39,145 nucleotides of DNA from Candidatus Zixiibacteriota bacterium. GTDB taxonomy: Bacteria; Zixibacteria; MSB-5A5; GN15; FEB-12. How positions within the stretch are numbered: the stretch's first letter is position 1; each line of letters starts with the position of its first letter. Below, piece after piece: positions 7,104 through 15,050 of this stretch. The DNA lies in the NCBI GenBank assembly GCA_049324195.1, contig JBMOKZ010000410.1:1-39145 (forward strand). Reading direction: 5' to 3'. The notes under the pieces were generated by a model. That model ran no database searches. It was not told the DNA's origin and saw only the letters and a list, made by a program, of their open reading frames with translations. Made by a program: the position numbers and the translations under genes.

Positions 7104-9956
7104 TTATTTCAGCAGAACCATCTTCCTCACCAGAGATACCGCTTCCGTCCTCAGACGATAAAAATAAATACCCGAGGGAGCGTACCGACCGTTGTCAAAC
7201 TGGCCGTTCCAGTCGACCGAGTATTGACCCGACGGCAGGGTGGCCGATATCAACGATACCACCAACTGACCCAGGATATTGTAGATTTCGAGATTGACGA
7301 ACGATTTCTTTGAAATTTCGAAGTTGATTTTTGTCTGCAGATTGAAAGGATTGGGGAAATTCTGAGCGAGCGTAAACCGGGCGGGAAGGGTTTCGGGATC
7401 AGTGACGACCACACCGGTGGTCACGCCTCCCTGAATTTCGCCCGGAACTATCACCGGCATAATCTGATTTCCGGAAATATCCTCGATATACACACCGACT
7501 GTATCGATTACGGCGGTATCGATAACACAAGTAAATGTACTCAACCGGGATGTGAAAAACATCTCAGCCATTAAATAGTTACCGGCCGCCAGGGCACTGT
7601 CTGTCTCGTTGCGCCGGGCTTGAAGCAACACCACCCCTTGTCCGGTGTCGATTACACTTATGAAATCAAAATAATCAGGCAGATGGCACACCAGCGAATC
7701 TACTGTCAGCGCCGCCGAGTCATAACGGAACGGCAGCGATATTTTGTCCAGAGCATTAACCACTGTCAAATCAATCGGCAGGATGGCGGCATCGCCGCTG
7801 TCAGCCTGGACATGGCCGAAAGTGACCGTATCGTAGCGGTTAAAATCAAGCTCAAGCGGTACCGTCACCGCGATATTGAACGAGGAGCTGTCGAAGACCG
7901 TCAGGCTGGCGTGGTACAAACCCGGGGCCAGATAAGCGGTGTCGAAATGGAACCAGACCGTGTCCCCGGACAAGCCCGAAGTCGGGTCGAGTATTAGCCA
8001 GTCGACCGATGAAAGCGCGTGCCAGCTCAACAGCCCGACACCTTCATTATAAACCACCATGAAGGTATCCAGGTTTTCAGGGTAAGCGCTCTGCAGAGCA
8101 AACGAGTCCGGCTCCAGCGCCAGAAACGGCATATTGTCGACAACCTCGAGCACAACCGGTACCGTATCGGGCGAGTTCATAGTACCCTCAGCGGTAAAAA
8201 CGATTTCAGCCGTATAGTTCCCGGCCGAGAGGGATAAAGCTGAGACGGTCACCATTACAGAATCACCGGCATCGCCAGTCTCGGGCGAGAGCGTCAACCA
8301 TGACGCGGTATCTGCCGCCGTCCAGGAAAATTGTCCGCTGCCGACATTGTTGACCGTCATGGTTTGCCGGTACAGTTCGTCTCTCGTCGCGTACGCCCGG
8401 AATCCGAGACTGTCCGCCGAGAGCGACATGATGGGTGCGGTAACATCGAGCCGGACAGAAACCGTCACGGAGGAATCTCTCGATTCGGTATCGACCAGTC
8501 TCAGTGACCCGTAATAAGTTCCGTAAGACAGGGTTTCGGCGGCTATAGACACGCTCAGCGTTTCGGGGGTTGTTCCCCCCGACGGCGTCATGGCGAGCCA
8601 GGGATGCGAGGTTGAAACCGTGAAAGGCAGTGGGTTGTACCCGGCATGGTTTACGACCAGAGCCTGCGTCGAAGGTGGCGCACCGCCGTACTCTATCTGG
8701 AACTGAAGCGCCTGGGGCGTCGGGATGAGCGACGGTTCGTTGTAGGTGGTTATCGAGGCATAGATATCATAATTGCCGTTTCTTTTATCCGTCCAGGCGA
8801 CATATCGTTTGCGCCCGTCGAGACTGACGGCGGGCTGAAGCTGGGCGCTGTCGGCTTCTTCGTTGACCTGAAAGTTTCTCCCCTGCAACTTGTCGGCGTA
8901 ATCGATCATCTGCCCGGTCAGGTCCCAGGACGATCCGGTGGAATCAGACCAGATAATCGCGAGGTTACCCATGCAGTCGGCGGCCACCGCCGGTTCACGT
9001 TGCGCCCGAAGGCTGCCGTCAGTGTTGAGTCGGGTATCATCATAGAGAGCCGTAAGTGAAGTGTCGAATTTGCGGTAGTAAATATCCGGATTGGCCGGGT
9101 AGTCACCATTACGCCAGTCCACCCACACGACAGTGAAATGAATGCCGCCATCGGCGGCAACAGCCGGGAAAGCCTGCCGCTTGGCGGTAGTATCGGAATT
9201 GACCTTCAAATTATCGGCGAGCGGCGCCCCCAGCGAATCGAAAAGTTGAACATAAATATCGTCGTCGTTCATCCGGTTGTCGTACCAGGTTACCACGAAC
9301 CAGCCCTCGGCCGAGTACGATACCCGCGGAGCGTGCTGCTGGGCGTAACTAGCGTCGTCGTTAATTTTAAAATTGGTTCCGACCAGGTTGCCGTTGGCGG
9401 CAATAAGTTGACCGTAAACATCCCAGTCGCCGTTGCGGTAATCGGCCCAGACCACAACCCCGTTGCCCCACATCGAGAGAGCGATATCGGGCGACTCAAT
9501 CAGTGAGTCCGGCCACTCGGTGGTCAGATTGCGATTGACGCCGATTTTTGACCCGGCGGTATCGTAACGCTGAAAATAAACATCGGGCCCAAACGGGTAC
9601 GACCCATCGCGGTAGTCCTTCCACACGGAAGAGAACTGCCCGGAAAGGTCAACAGCCAAAGCTGGTTCGCTCTGGTAAAAGCTGCCGGCGTCATCATTGA
9701 TTTTAATATTGCTACCGACCGGATTGCCGTCAGTGTTATATTTCTGGAGATATATATCGTTGTTACCTGCCCGCTTATCGATCCACGCGACAAGGAACGT
9801 ACCATCGCCGGCCACGGCAATGCGGGGATTGCTTTGCTGGGCGACGCCCCCGTCATCGTTGACGATAAAATCGCTCCTATCGGCTCGTGCGGTAGCGCCG
9901 GTGGCAAGACTGATCGAGACAACCAGCAGAATTTTTATAAAGTCACGCCGTTTCAC
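7104..9956 (-). CDS. Large secreted/surface protein: 7-repeat beta-propeller, three BACON/Ig-like domains, a cohesin-like domain and a FlgD/T9SS type A-like C-terminal domain
   Basis: Seven repeats of N-x-x-[IV]N...Q-x-x-P-x-[IV]A...VxWxDxR...D[IV]Y; three WL-x-x-x-P-x-x-G motifs; C-terminal LAQNFPNPFN...IYNILGQLV...WNG...SGIYFYRL...KMVLLK. Confidence 0.88.
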   Translation of the reverse strand: MKRRDFIKILLVVSISLATGATARADRSDFIVNDDGGVAQQSNPRIAVAGDGTFLVAWIDKRAGNNDIYLQKYNTDGNPVGSNIKINDDAGSFYQSEPALAVDLSGQFSSVWKDYRDGSYPFGPDVYFQRYDTAGSKIGVNRNLTTEWPDSLIESPDIALSMWGNGVVVWADYRNGDWDVYGQLIAANGNLVGTNFKINDDASYAQQHAPRVSYSAEGWFVVTWYDNRMNDDDIYVQLFDSLGAPLADNLKVNSDTTAKRQAFPAVAADGGIHFTVVWVDWRNGDYPANPDIYYRKFDTSLTALYDDTRLNTDGSLRAQREPAVAADCMGNLAIIWSDSTGSSWDLTGQMIDYADKLQGRNFQVNEEADSAQLQPAVSLDGRKRYVAWTDKRNGNYDIYASITTYNEPSLIPTPQALQFQIEYGGAPPSTQALVVNHAGYNPLPFTVSTSHPWLAMTPSGGTTPETLSVSIAAETLSYGTYYGSLRLVDTESRDSSVTVSVRLDVTAPIMSLSADSLGFRAYATRDELYRQTMTVNNVGSGQFSWTAADTASWLTLSPETGDAGDSVMVTVSALSLSAGNYTAEIVFTAEGTMNSPDTVPVVLEVVDNMPFLALEPDSFALQSAYPENLDTFMVVYNEGVGLLSWHALSSVDWLILDPTSGLSGDTVWFHFDTAYLAPGLYHASLTVFDSSSFNIAVTVPLELDFNRYDTVTFGHVQADSGDAAILPIDLTVVNALDKISLPFRYDSAALTVDSLVCHLPDYFDFISVIDTGQGVVLLQARRNETDSALAAGNYLMAEMFFTSRLSTFTCVIDTAVIDTVGVYIEDISGNQIMPVIVPGEIQGGVTTGVVVTDPETLPARFTLAQNFPNPFNLQTKINFEISKKSFVNLEIYNILGQLVVSLISATLPSGQYSVDWNGQFDNGRYAPSGIYFYRLRTEAVSLVRKMVLLK

Positions 9957-9971
9957 ACTGTCATTATATGC

Positions 9972-10001
9972 AATAAAAATGCCCGCTTTAAACGGCGGGC
10001 A
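9972..10001 (-). terminator. Rho-independent terminator after HU-bS22
   Basis: Hairpin TGCCCGC-N8-GCGGGCA (9980-10001) followed by TTTTTATT on the minus strand. Confidence 0.7.
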
Positions 10002-10149
10002 ATAATTATTTCACACAAACAGTAAGCTATTATCGTAAATTAAGTTCCGGAAAGCCCGAGAGCTTTCCGGATATCAATATCATCTAATATATCAAGGTGG
10101 AGGGGAAATATCTTCCTGAATGAGAGGAGATTATTTCCTCAGTTACATT

Positions 10150-10245
10150 CTACCTATTTTTCTTCTTATGACGGTCAGCGCGTCTGCGTTTTTTGCGTTT
10201 GTGAGTTTTAATTTTATGACGTTTACGTTTTTTTCCGCTGGGCAT
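10150..10245 (-). CDS. 30S ribosomal protein bS22 (AURKAIP1/COX24/mS38 family), 31 aa; absent from the ORF track
   Basis: MPSGKKRKRHKIKTHKRKKRRRADRHKKKNR with a GGAGGA RBS. It closely follows the Bacteroidota bS22 pattern MPSGKKRKRHK..THKRKKR....RHKKK. Confidence 0.92.
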   Translation of the reverse strand: MPSGKKRKRHKIKTHKRKKRRRADRHKKKNR

Positions 10246-10269
10246 TAATCCTCCACTTCAATACCTAAA

Positions 10270-10554
10270 TCATATTGCAAGTTTTGTAATCATGTTTTTA
10301 AACTCATTTGAGGGTTTAAAAACGGGAACTTTACGGTCAGGGACGGGAACCACTTCACCCGTACGCGGGTTACGTGCTTTTCTGGCTTTACGCAGTTTAA
10401 TCTTAAACGTCCCGAAACCGCGAATTTCGATATTGTGTCCACTCTCCACCGACTTCTTTATGGTGTCAAGGAATGAATCCACCACAACAGCAACGTCTGT
10501 TCTAGTAAGACCTGTTTTTTCGGCGACTTTCTCGACTAAATCAGCTTTAGTCAC
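10270..10554 (-). CDS. HU/IHF family DNA-binding protein
   Basis: MTKADLV...IEIRGFGTF...RKARNPRTGE..VP.RKVPVFKPS; GTG start with a GGGAGG RBS. Confidence 0.97.
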   Translation of the reverse strand: MTKADLVEKVAEKTGLTRTDVAVVVDSFLDTIKKSVESGHNIEIRGFGTFKIKLRKARKARNPRTGEVVPVPDRKVPVFKPSNEFKNMITKLAI

Positions 10555-10758
10555 AGCATCCTCCCTAAACTTTATATGGCGTTAATTTCAATTTCTTCTT
10601 CTAATATATATATAAAAGTAACTTAACTAATATATACGACCCCAATTCTTGTTAAGCCCTTGGGTTACAAAAGATAATAAATTTAAAACGGAAAAAAAAG
10701 GAAAATTCTTAAAATGTCCAGAAATTTTTGTATTTTTTTAAAAAAATATTTCCATAAT

Positions 10759-11661
10759 TCACTGGTAGAGATAGAGTAACTGCGGTCCGGCAAACGAATT
10801 CTCAACTTTTTGGTCAATATTCTTCAAAAAAGCCCCAAATAAGTCAAAAATTGTCGCTCTTTCCCGTTTGTAGGGCCGTACAATATGCGGTTTTTCACCG
10901 AGTTCAGCCAGTTCCGCCGCCAGTTCTACCGCTTCATTAAGCCCCCCGAGGGTATCGACCAGACCGAGATTATAAGCCTGAAGACCCGTGAAAATCGAAC
11001 CGTCGGCCAGCGAATAAACATCTTCCTTGGTCATCTGGCGGCCGTTGGCGACGACTTCGACAAATTGTTCATATGTATCCATAACCACTGACTGCAACAT
11101 CAGCTCTTCCTTGTCGGTCATTTCCTTGACTGGCGAACCGACGTCCTTCAACTCGCCTGATTTCACTGTCTCCATTCCCAGACCGACCTTATCGAACAGA
11201 CCGTAATAAGTATAGAACTGCATGATGACCCCGATTGACCCGGTGATTGTGCCGGGATTCGCGACAATCCGATCGGCGGCGCAGGAAATTAAATAGCCAC
11301 CTGATGCCGCCACCGAAGCCATCGAAACCACCACCGGTTTTTCATTGCGAAGTCGCTGAATGGCATCATAAATTTCCTGGGAGATAGCCACTCCGCCGCC
11401 GGGGGAATTGACGTGGATAACCACCGCTTTAATCGAGGAATTTTCAGCCCAGCTGTCCATCTGCTCGATAGCCTCACGACCACTGGTCTCTTCGATTATG
11501 CCGGAAATCTCGATTACACCGACATTACCACCCAGCCCGGAGAGGCCGATTTCCCCGCCGCCGGACATCAGCCCGACAAATACCAGTCCGAAAAACCCGA
11601 AGGCGAATAGAAAACTGACGATGATGATAATCGTTATTATGACATCTCTTTTTTTTGCCAT
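10759..11661 (-). CDS. sppA: Signal peptide peptidase SppA (S49, 36K type)
   Basis: N-terminal TM helix; NSPGG, AASGGY, GSIGV and KSGELKD motifs. Confidence 0.95.
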   Translation of the reverse strand: MAKKRDVIITIIIIVSFLFAFGFFGLVFVGLMSGGGEIGLSGLGGNVGVIEISGIIEETSGREAIEQMDSWAENSSIKAVVIHVNSPGGGVAISQEIYDAIQRLRNEKPVVVSMASVAASGGYLISCAADRIVANPGTITGSIGVIMQFYTYYGLFDKVGLGMETVKSGELKDVGSPVKEMTDKEELMLQSVVMDTYEQFVEVVANGRQMTKEDVYSLADGSIFTGLQAYNLGLVDTLGGLNEAVELAAELAELGEKPHIVRPYKRERATIFDLFGAFLKNIDQKVENSFAGPQLLYLYQ

Positions 11662-11671
11662 AGACCTGCCG

Positions 11672-13987
11672 TCAATCCAGATAAATTTTTAAGTTTTCCC
11701 CGACATTGAGGTTATCCGGGTCGGTCTTGCCGTTGGACGCCAGGATTCTGGAAATCGAGGTTCGGTATCTCTGAGCGATCCGGCTCAGGGTATCGCCCCG
11801 ACGGACCTTATAAATCACGTAATTCTTTTCGCTGTCGCCTTCGATCGTAAGAACCTGACCGGGATAAATACGGCTGGAGCGGCCCAGACCGTTCATACGG
11901 CGAATATTGCTGGTGGTGGTGCCGAACCGGCGCGCCAGATCCCAGAGAGTATCGCCGACGCGTACCGTGTATTTCGAGGACCCTCCGCCGGAATTGCTCG
12001 ATGAATTTTTCGCCGAGGAAGCGACGTTATCTTTTGAGGCATAAGTCATAGGTGTGGACTGGTTCTTCTCTTTCAACTTCGTAGCGCTGGAAGGAATTTT
12101 TAGTTTCTGACCGACATAAATTCGCGAGCCGCGTTCGATATAATTGACCCGCCGCAAGTCATCGACCGAAGTCCCGAAAGCCCTGGCGATATCCCACATA
12201 GTATCACCGGAGCGGACCACGTAAAGCGACTTTGAAGTTACGTATTCCCGGTTTTCCCTCGGTTTACTGTCATAATCCCGGTCGAGCGGGACCGGTACGA
12301 TCAAGCTCTTGCCGGCGTATATCTTAGAGCGGTGGCTCAGGTTGTTCGCGGCGAATATAGCGTACTGCGACACGCCGTAACGGGCCGCAATCGTACTGAT
12401 CGTCTCCCCTCGCCGGATTTGATGTTTCACCCAGCTGGTTTCTTTCGGGGAGGGCATTCCGTCAAGCGAAGCCAGGAATTTTTCCTTTTTACCGACCGGA
12501 ATTTTCAGTTTGTATTTTTTATAGTTAGGCGGTGTATAGCCCCGCAGGATTTCCGGATTGAGCTCTTTCAATTCCTCGTAGCTGCAACCGATTTCACGGG
12601 CGACCACTTTCAAATCGAGACAACGGTCAATAGCCACCTCGTCCCACCGTAACTCGTCTTCATATTCGATATCGGTAAAACCGTACTTCTCGGGTTCCTT
12701 GGCGATAATGGTGGCGGCGTAGATAAGCGGCACATAGTCCATGGTCTGCCGTTTCAAACGCATTTCCCAGAAGTCGACTGTCTTTTGCTGCTTGATAGTC
12801 TTGTTGACCCGTCCCGGTCCGCCGTTATAGGCGGCCATCGCCAGATCCCAGGAACCGAACTGTTTGTAGAGGTCCCGCAGGAAACGGGCGGCGGCATCGG
12901 TCGCCTTCTCCGGGTCCTTGCGCTCGTCAATCCACCAGTCACGGTCGAGACCGTAGAGCCGACCGGTCGAGGAAATAAACTGCCAGAGACCCATTGCCCG
13001 CGCCCAGGAATAGGCGTTGGGATTGTAACCCGATTCCACCAGCGACAGATACATCAAATCCTCGGGCAAACCATATTGCCGCAGGATTCTCAAGTACAGG
13101 GGTTTGTACCTGGTGGACCGTCCCAGCCATTTGGTGAAAGCATCGCGGGCCACGGTCTGGAAATAGATAATCGATTTCTTGACCCGGTCGTTCATGACCA
13201 CCGGCAAATCGTATTTGACCGGCTCGTTAGCTTCACCGAACACCTGCAGTGAATCCGCCCCGAGCTTGCGTTCCAGGTCGTGGAACCGCTCCAAAAGCAC
13301 CGACGGCGTGACGTCGTTTTCCAGCTGTCCTAAAGAGCGCAGGGTCACCCGGTAATCGGAAACGACGTTATCCATGATTTTATTGTATTTGACCGCTTCC
13401 GGGGTAGATACCGAATCGCTCTCGACATCGAGATTAGCCATAATCTTGAGACATTTATCGAAATAATACTGAGCCTCTTCCCAGCTGGCTTCGCGATTGG
13501 CGATCACGCCCATGGTATAATATTCCTCGGCCAGATCGAAAAGGCGCCAGATATCGTCATCCACCGCCGAGGCGGAGTCTTCGTCATCGACGTGAATATA
13601 ATATTGGTCATAGTCGCCCGGATTCTCCGTCAGGCTGTCGAACTGGTTTTCCTCGAGGGAATCGATTGACCGGTGGGCATCCTCGACCTGTTTGGTGCGG
13701 CTGAAAATATTGTCGTCAACCGCATCCTTACTGTTGCCGGTATTCTTCTCCCGGATGGTGGAACTGTCCTGGTCCTTTTCGCCGGTCGGTTCCGAAGCGA
13801 AAACATCAACCACGAGAATCGTATCTTTTATGGAATCAACATCCGGCGGTTGCCCGTATATACGGGGCGAAGACATGGACTTACTGCCGGCACAACCGGC
13901 AACTGACAGAATAAAAATAAGTGAGACAAAGAATAAAAAGGCACTTCCGTAAGTGGATAGCTTACTTTCTTTAATCATCCGTGACAT
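11672..13987 (-). CDS. mltD: Membrane-bound lytic murein transglycosylase D-like lipoprotein (SLT domain plus LysM repeats)
   Basis: Lipobox VAGC; LVESGYNP, AMGLWQF, DERKDPEKAT, AAYNGG; four clear C-terminal LysM repeats (RRGETI, RSGDTM, RVGDTL, RRGDTL). Confidence 0.93.
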   Translation of the reverse strand: MSRMIKESKLSTYGSAFLFFVSLIFILSVAGCAGSKSMSSPRIYGQPPDVDSIKDTILVVDVFASEPTGEKDQDSSTIREKNTGNSKDAVDDNIFSRTKQVEDAHRSIDSLEENQFDSLTENPGDYDQYYIHVDDEDSASAVDDDIWRLFDLAEEYYTMGVIANREASWEEAQYYFDKCLKIMANLDVESDSVSTPEAVKYNKIMDNVVSDYRVTLRSLGQLENDVTPSVLLERFHDLERKLGADSLQVFGEANEPVKYDLPVVMNDRVKKSIIYFQTVARDAFTKWLGRSTRYKPLYLRILRQYGLPEDLMYLSLVESGYNPNAYSWARAMGLWQFISSTGRLYGLDRDWWIDERKDPEKATDAAARFLRDLYKQFGSWDLAMAAYNGGPGRVNKTIKQQKTVDFWEMRLKRQTMDYVPLIYAATIIAKEPEKYGFTDIEYEDELRWDEVAIDRCLDLKVVAREIGCSYEELKELNPEILRGYTPPNYKKYKLKIPVGKKEKFLASLDGMPSPKETSWVKHQIRRGETISTIAARYGVSQYAIFAANNLSHRSKIYAGKSLIVPVPLDRDYDSKPRENREYVTSKSLYVVRSGDTMWDIARAFGTSVDDLRRVNYIERGSRIYVGQKLKIPSSATKLKEKNQSTPMTYASKDNVASSAKNSSSNSGGGSSKYTVRVGDTLWDLARRFGTTTSNIRRMNGLGRSSRIYPGQVLTIEGDSEKNYVIYKVRRGDTLSRIAQRYRTSISRILASNGKTDPDNLNVGENLKIYLD

Positions 13988-14129
13988 CCTGTAATTATAA
14001 AAATAATAATCAAAACGTTATCTATCTAAATATCGGAACAAGTATCCAAACGCTTGACCGTAAAATAGTATAACCCCATGTTATATAATAAAGAGCTTAA
14101 AATAGTGTCAAGTTTTTTCAGGGTTGTGA

Positions 14130-15050
14130 TCATTTTGGCCATATCTGCCGTATCAAAGTTTTTTTAAGGTTGTCCTTTTCGGTAAAAAACCGGCAATCCT
14201 TTTGTTTGCGAAACCAGGTCATCTGCCGTTTGGCATAACGCCGGGTATTTTGTTTTATTAATAATACGGCTTCCTCGAGAGATAAGTTCCCCTCGATATA
14301 ATCCAGCAGCTCATTATAGCCGATTACGTTGGCTTTACGGACATTTTCGGTCAGACCCCGGCTGACCAGATCCCGAATTTCCTCAAGCCAGCCTGCCTCC
14401 AGCATCAGGTCCACCCTTTTATTGATTATCTCATACAGCTTCTCCCGTTCCGGGGTCAGGCAGAAATAAATAAAATCGTATTCGCTTTGTCGATAGGTTC
14501 CGGTGACTACCAATTCCGATTTGGTTTTACCGGTCAGGTAATAAATTTCAAGAGCGCGGATTATTCTTTTCCTGTTGTGCGGATGTATCCGGGCCGCCTC
14601 AAGCGGGTCGATATTTTCCAGCTGTTCGTACATCGCAACCGCGCCCATGTCGTCCATTTCTTTTTCCAGCCTGTCACGGATAGCCATATCGTCGTTTTCA
14701 ATCTCGACCACTCCCTCGCTGAGCGCCCGCATATAAAGGCCAGTGCCGCCCACCACAACCGGACAGCGTCCCGACTCGAGAATCTCCCGGATAGCCCGGT
14801 TGGCGTCGGTGATAAACCGGAAAGCGCTGTATCGTTCCCCCGGCTCGATTATATCGACCAGGCGGGTTGGGACCCGAGTTTTTTCCTTTGCCGTAGGCTT
14901 GGCGGTGCCGATATCGAGATACTTGATGATTTGCCGGGAGTCGGCGGACACTATTTCGATGGGATGACTTTCAGCCAGTTCGAGCGCCACCGAGGTTTTT
15001 CCCGACGCTGTAGGACCGCAGATTATGGGTATGACCTGATTATCAACCAC
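14130..15050 (-). CDS. miaA: tRNA (adenosine(37)-N6)-dimethylallyltransferase
   Basis: GPTASGKT, SADSRQ, DIGTAKP, VGGTGLY, TRRYAKRQMTWF. Confidence 0.98.
   Translation of the reverse strand: MVDNQVIPIICGPTASGKTSVALELAESHPIEIVSADSRQIIKYLDIGTAKPTAKEKTRVPTRLVDIIEPGERYSAFRFITDANRAIREILESGRCPVVVGGTGLYMRALSEGVVEIENDDMAIRDRLEKEMDDMGAVAMYEQLENIDPLEAARIHPHNRKRIIRALEIYYLTGKTKSELVVTGTYRQSEYDFIYFCLTPEREKLYEIINKRVDLMLEAGWLEEIRDLVSRGLTENVRKANVIGYNELLDYIEGNLSLEEAVLLIKQNTRRYAKRQMTWFRKQKDCRFFTEKDNLKKTLIRQIWPK

Noticed and set aside
10560-10758. AT-rich intergenic stretches (also 22830-23015 and 36380-36668) as horizontally acquired DNA or ncRNA genes
   Set aside because: Intergenic DNA throughout the window is AT-rich, and I saw no integrase, direct repeats or recognisable RNA family motif.
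14083-14111. TTGACA upstream of mltD as a sigma70 promoter (similar case at 2757-2786)
   Set aside because: The best -10 candidates fall at 15 or 18 nt spacing in very AT-rich DNA. Plausible, but not well enough supported.
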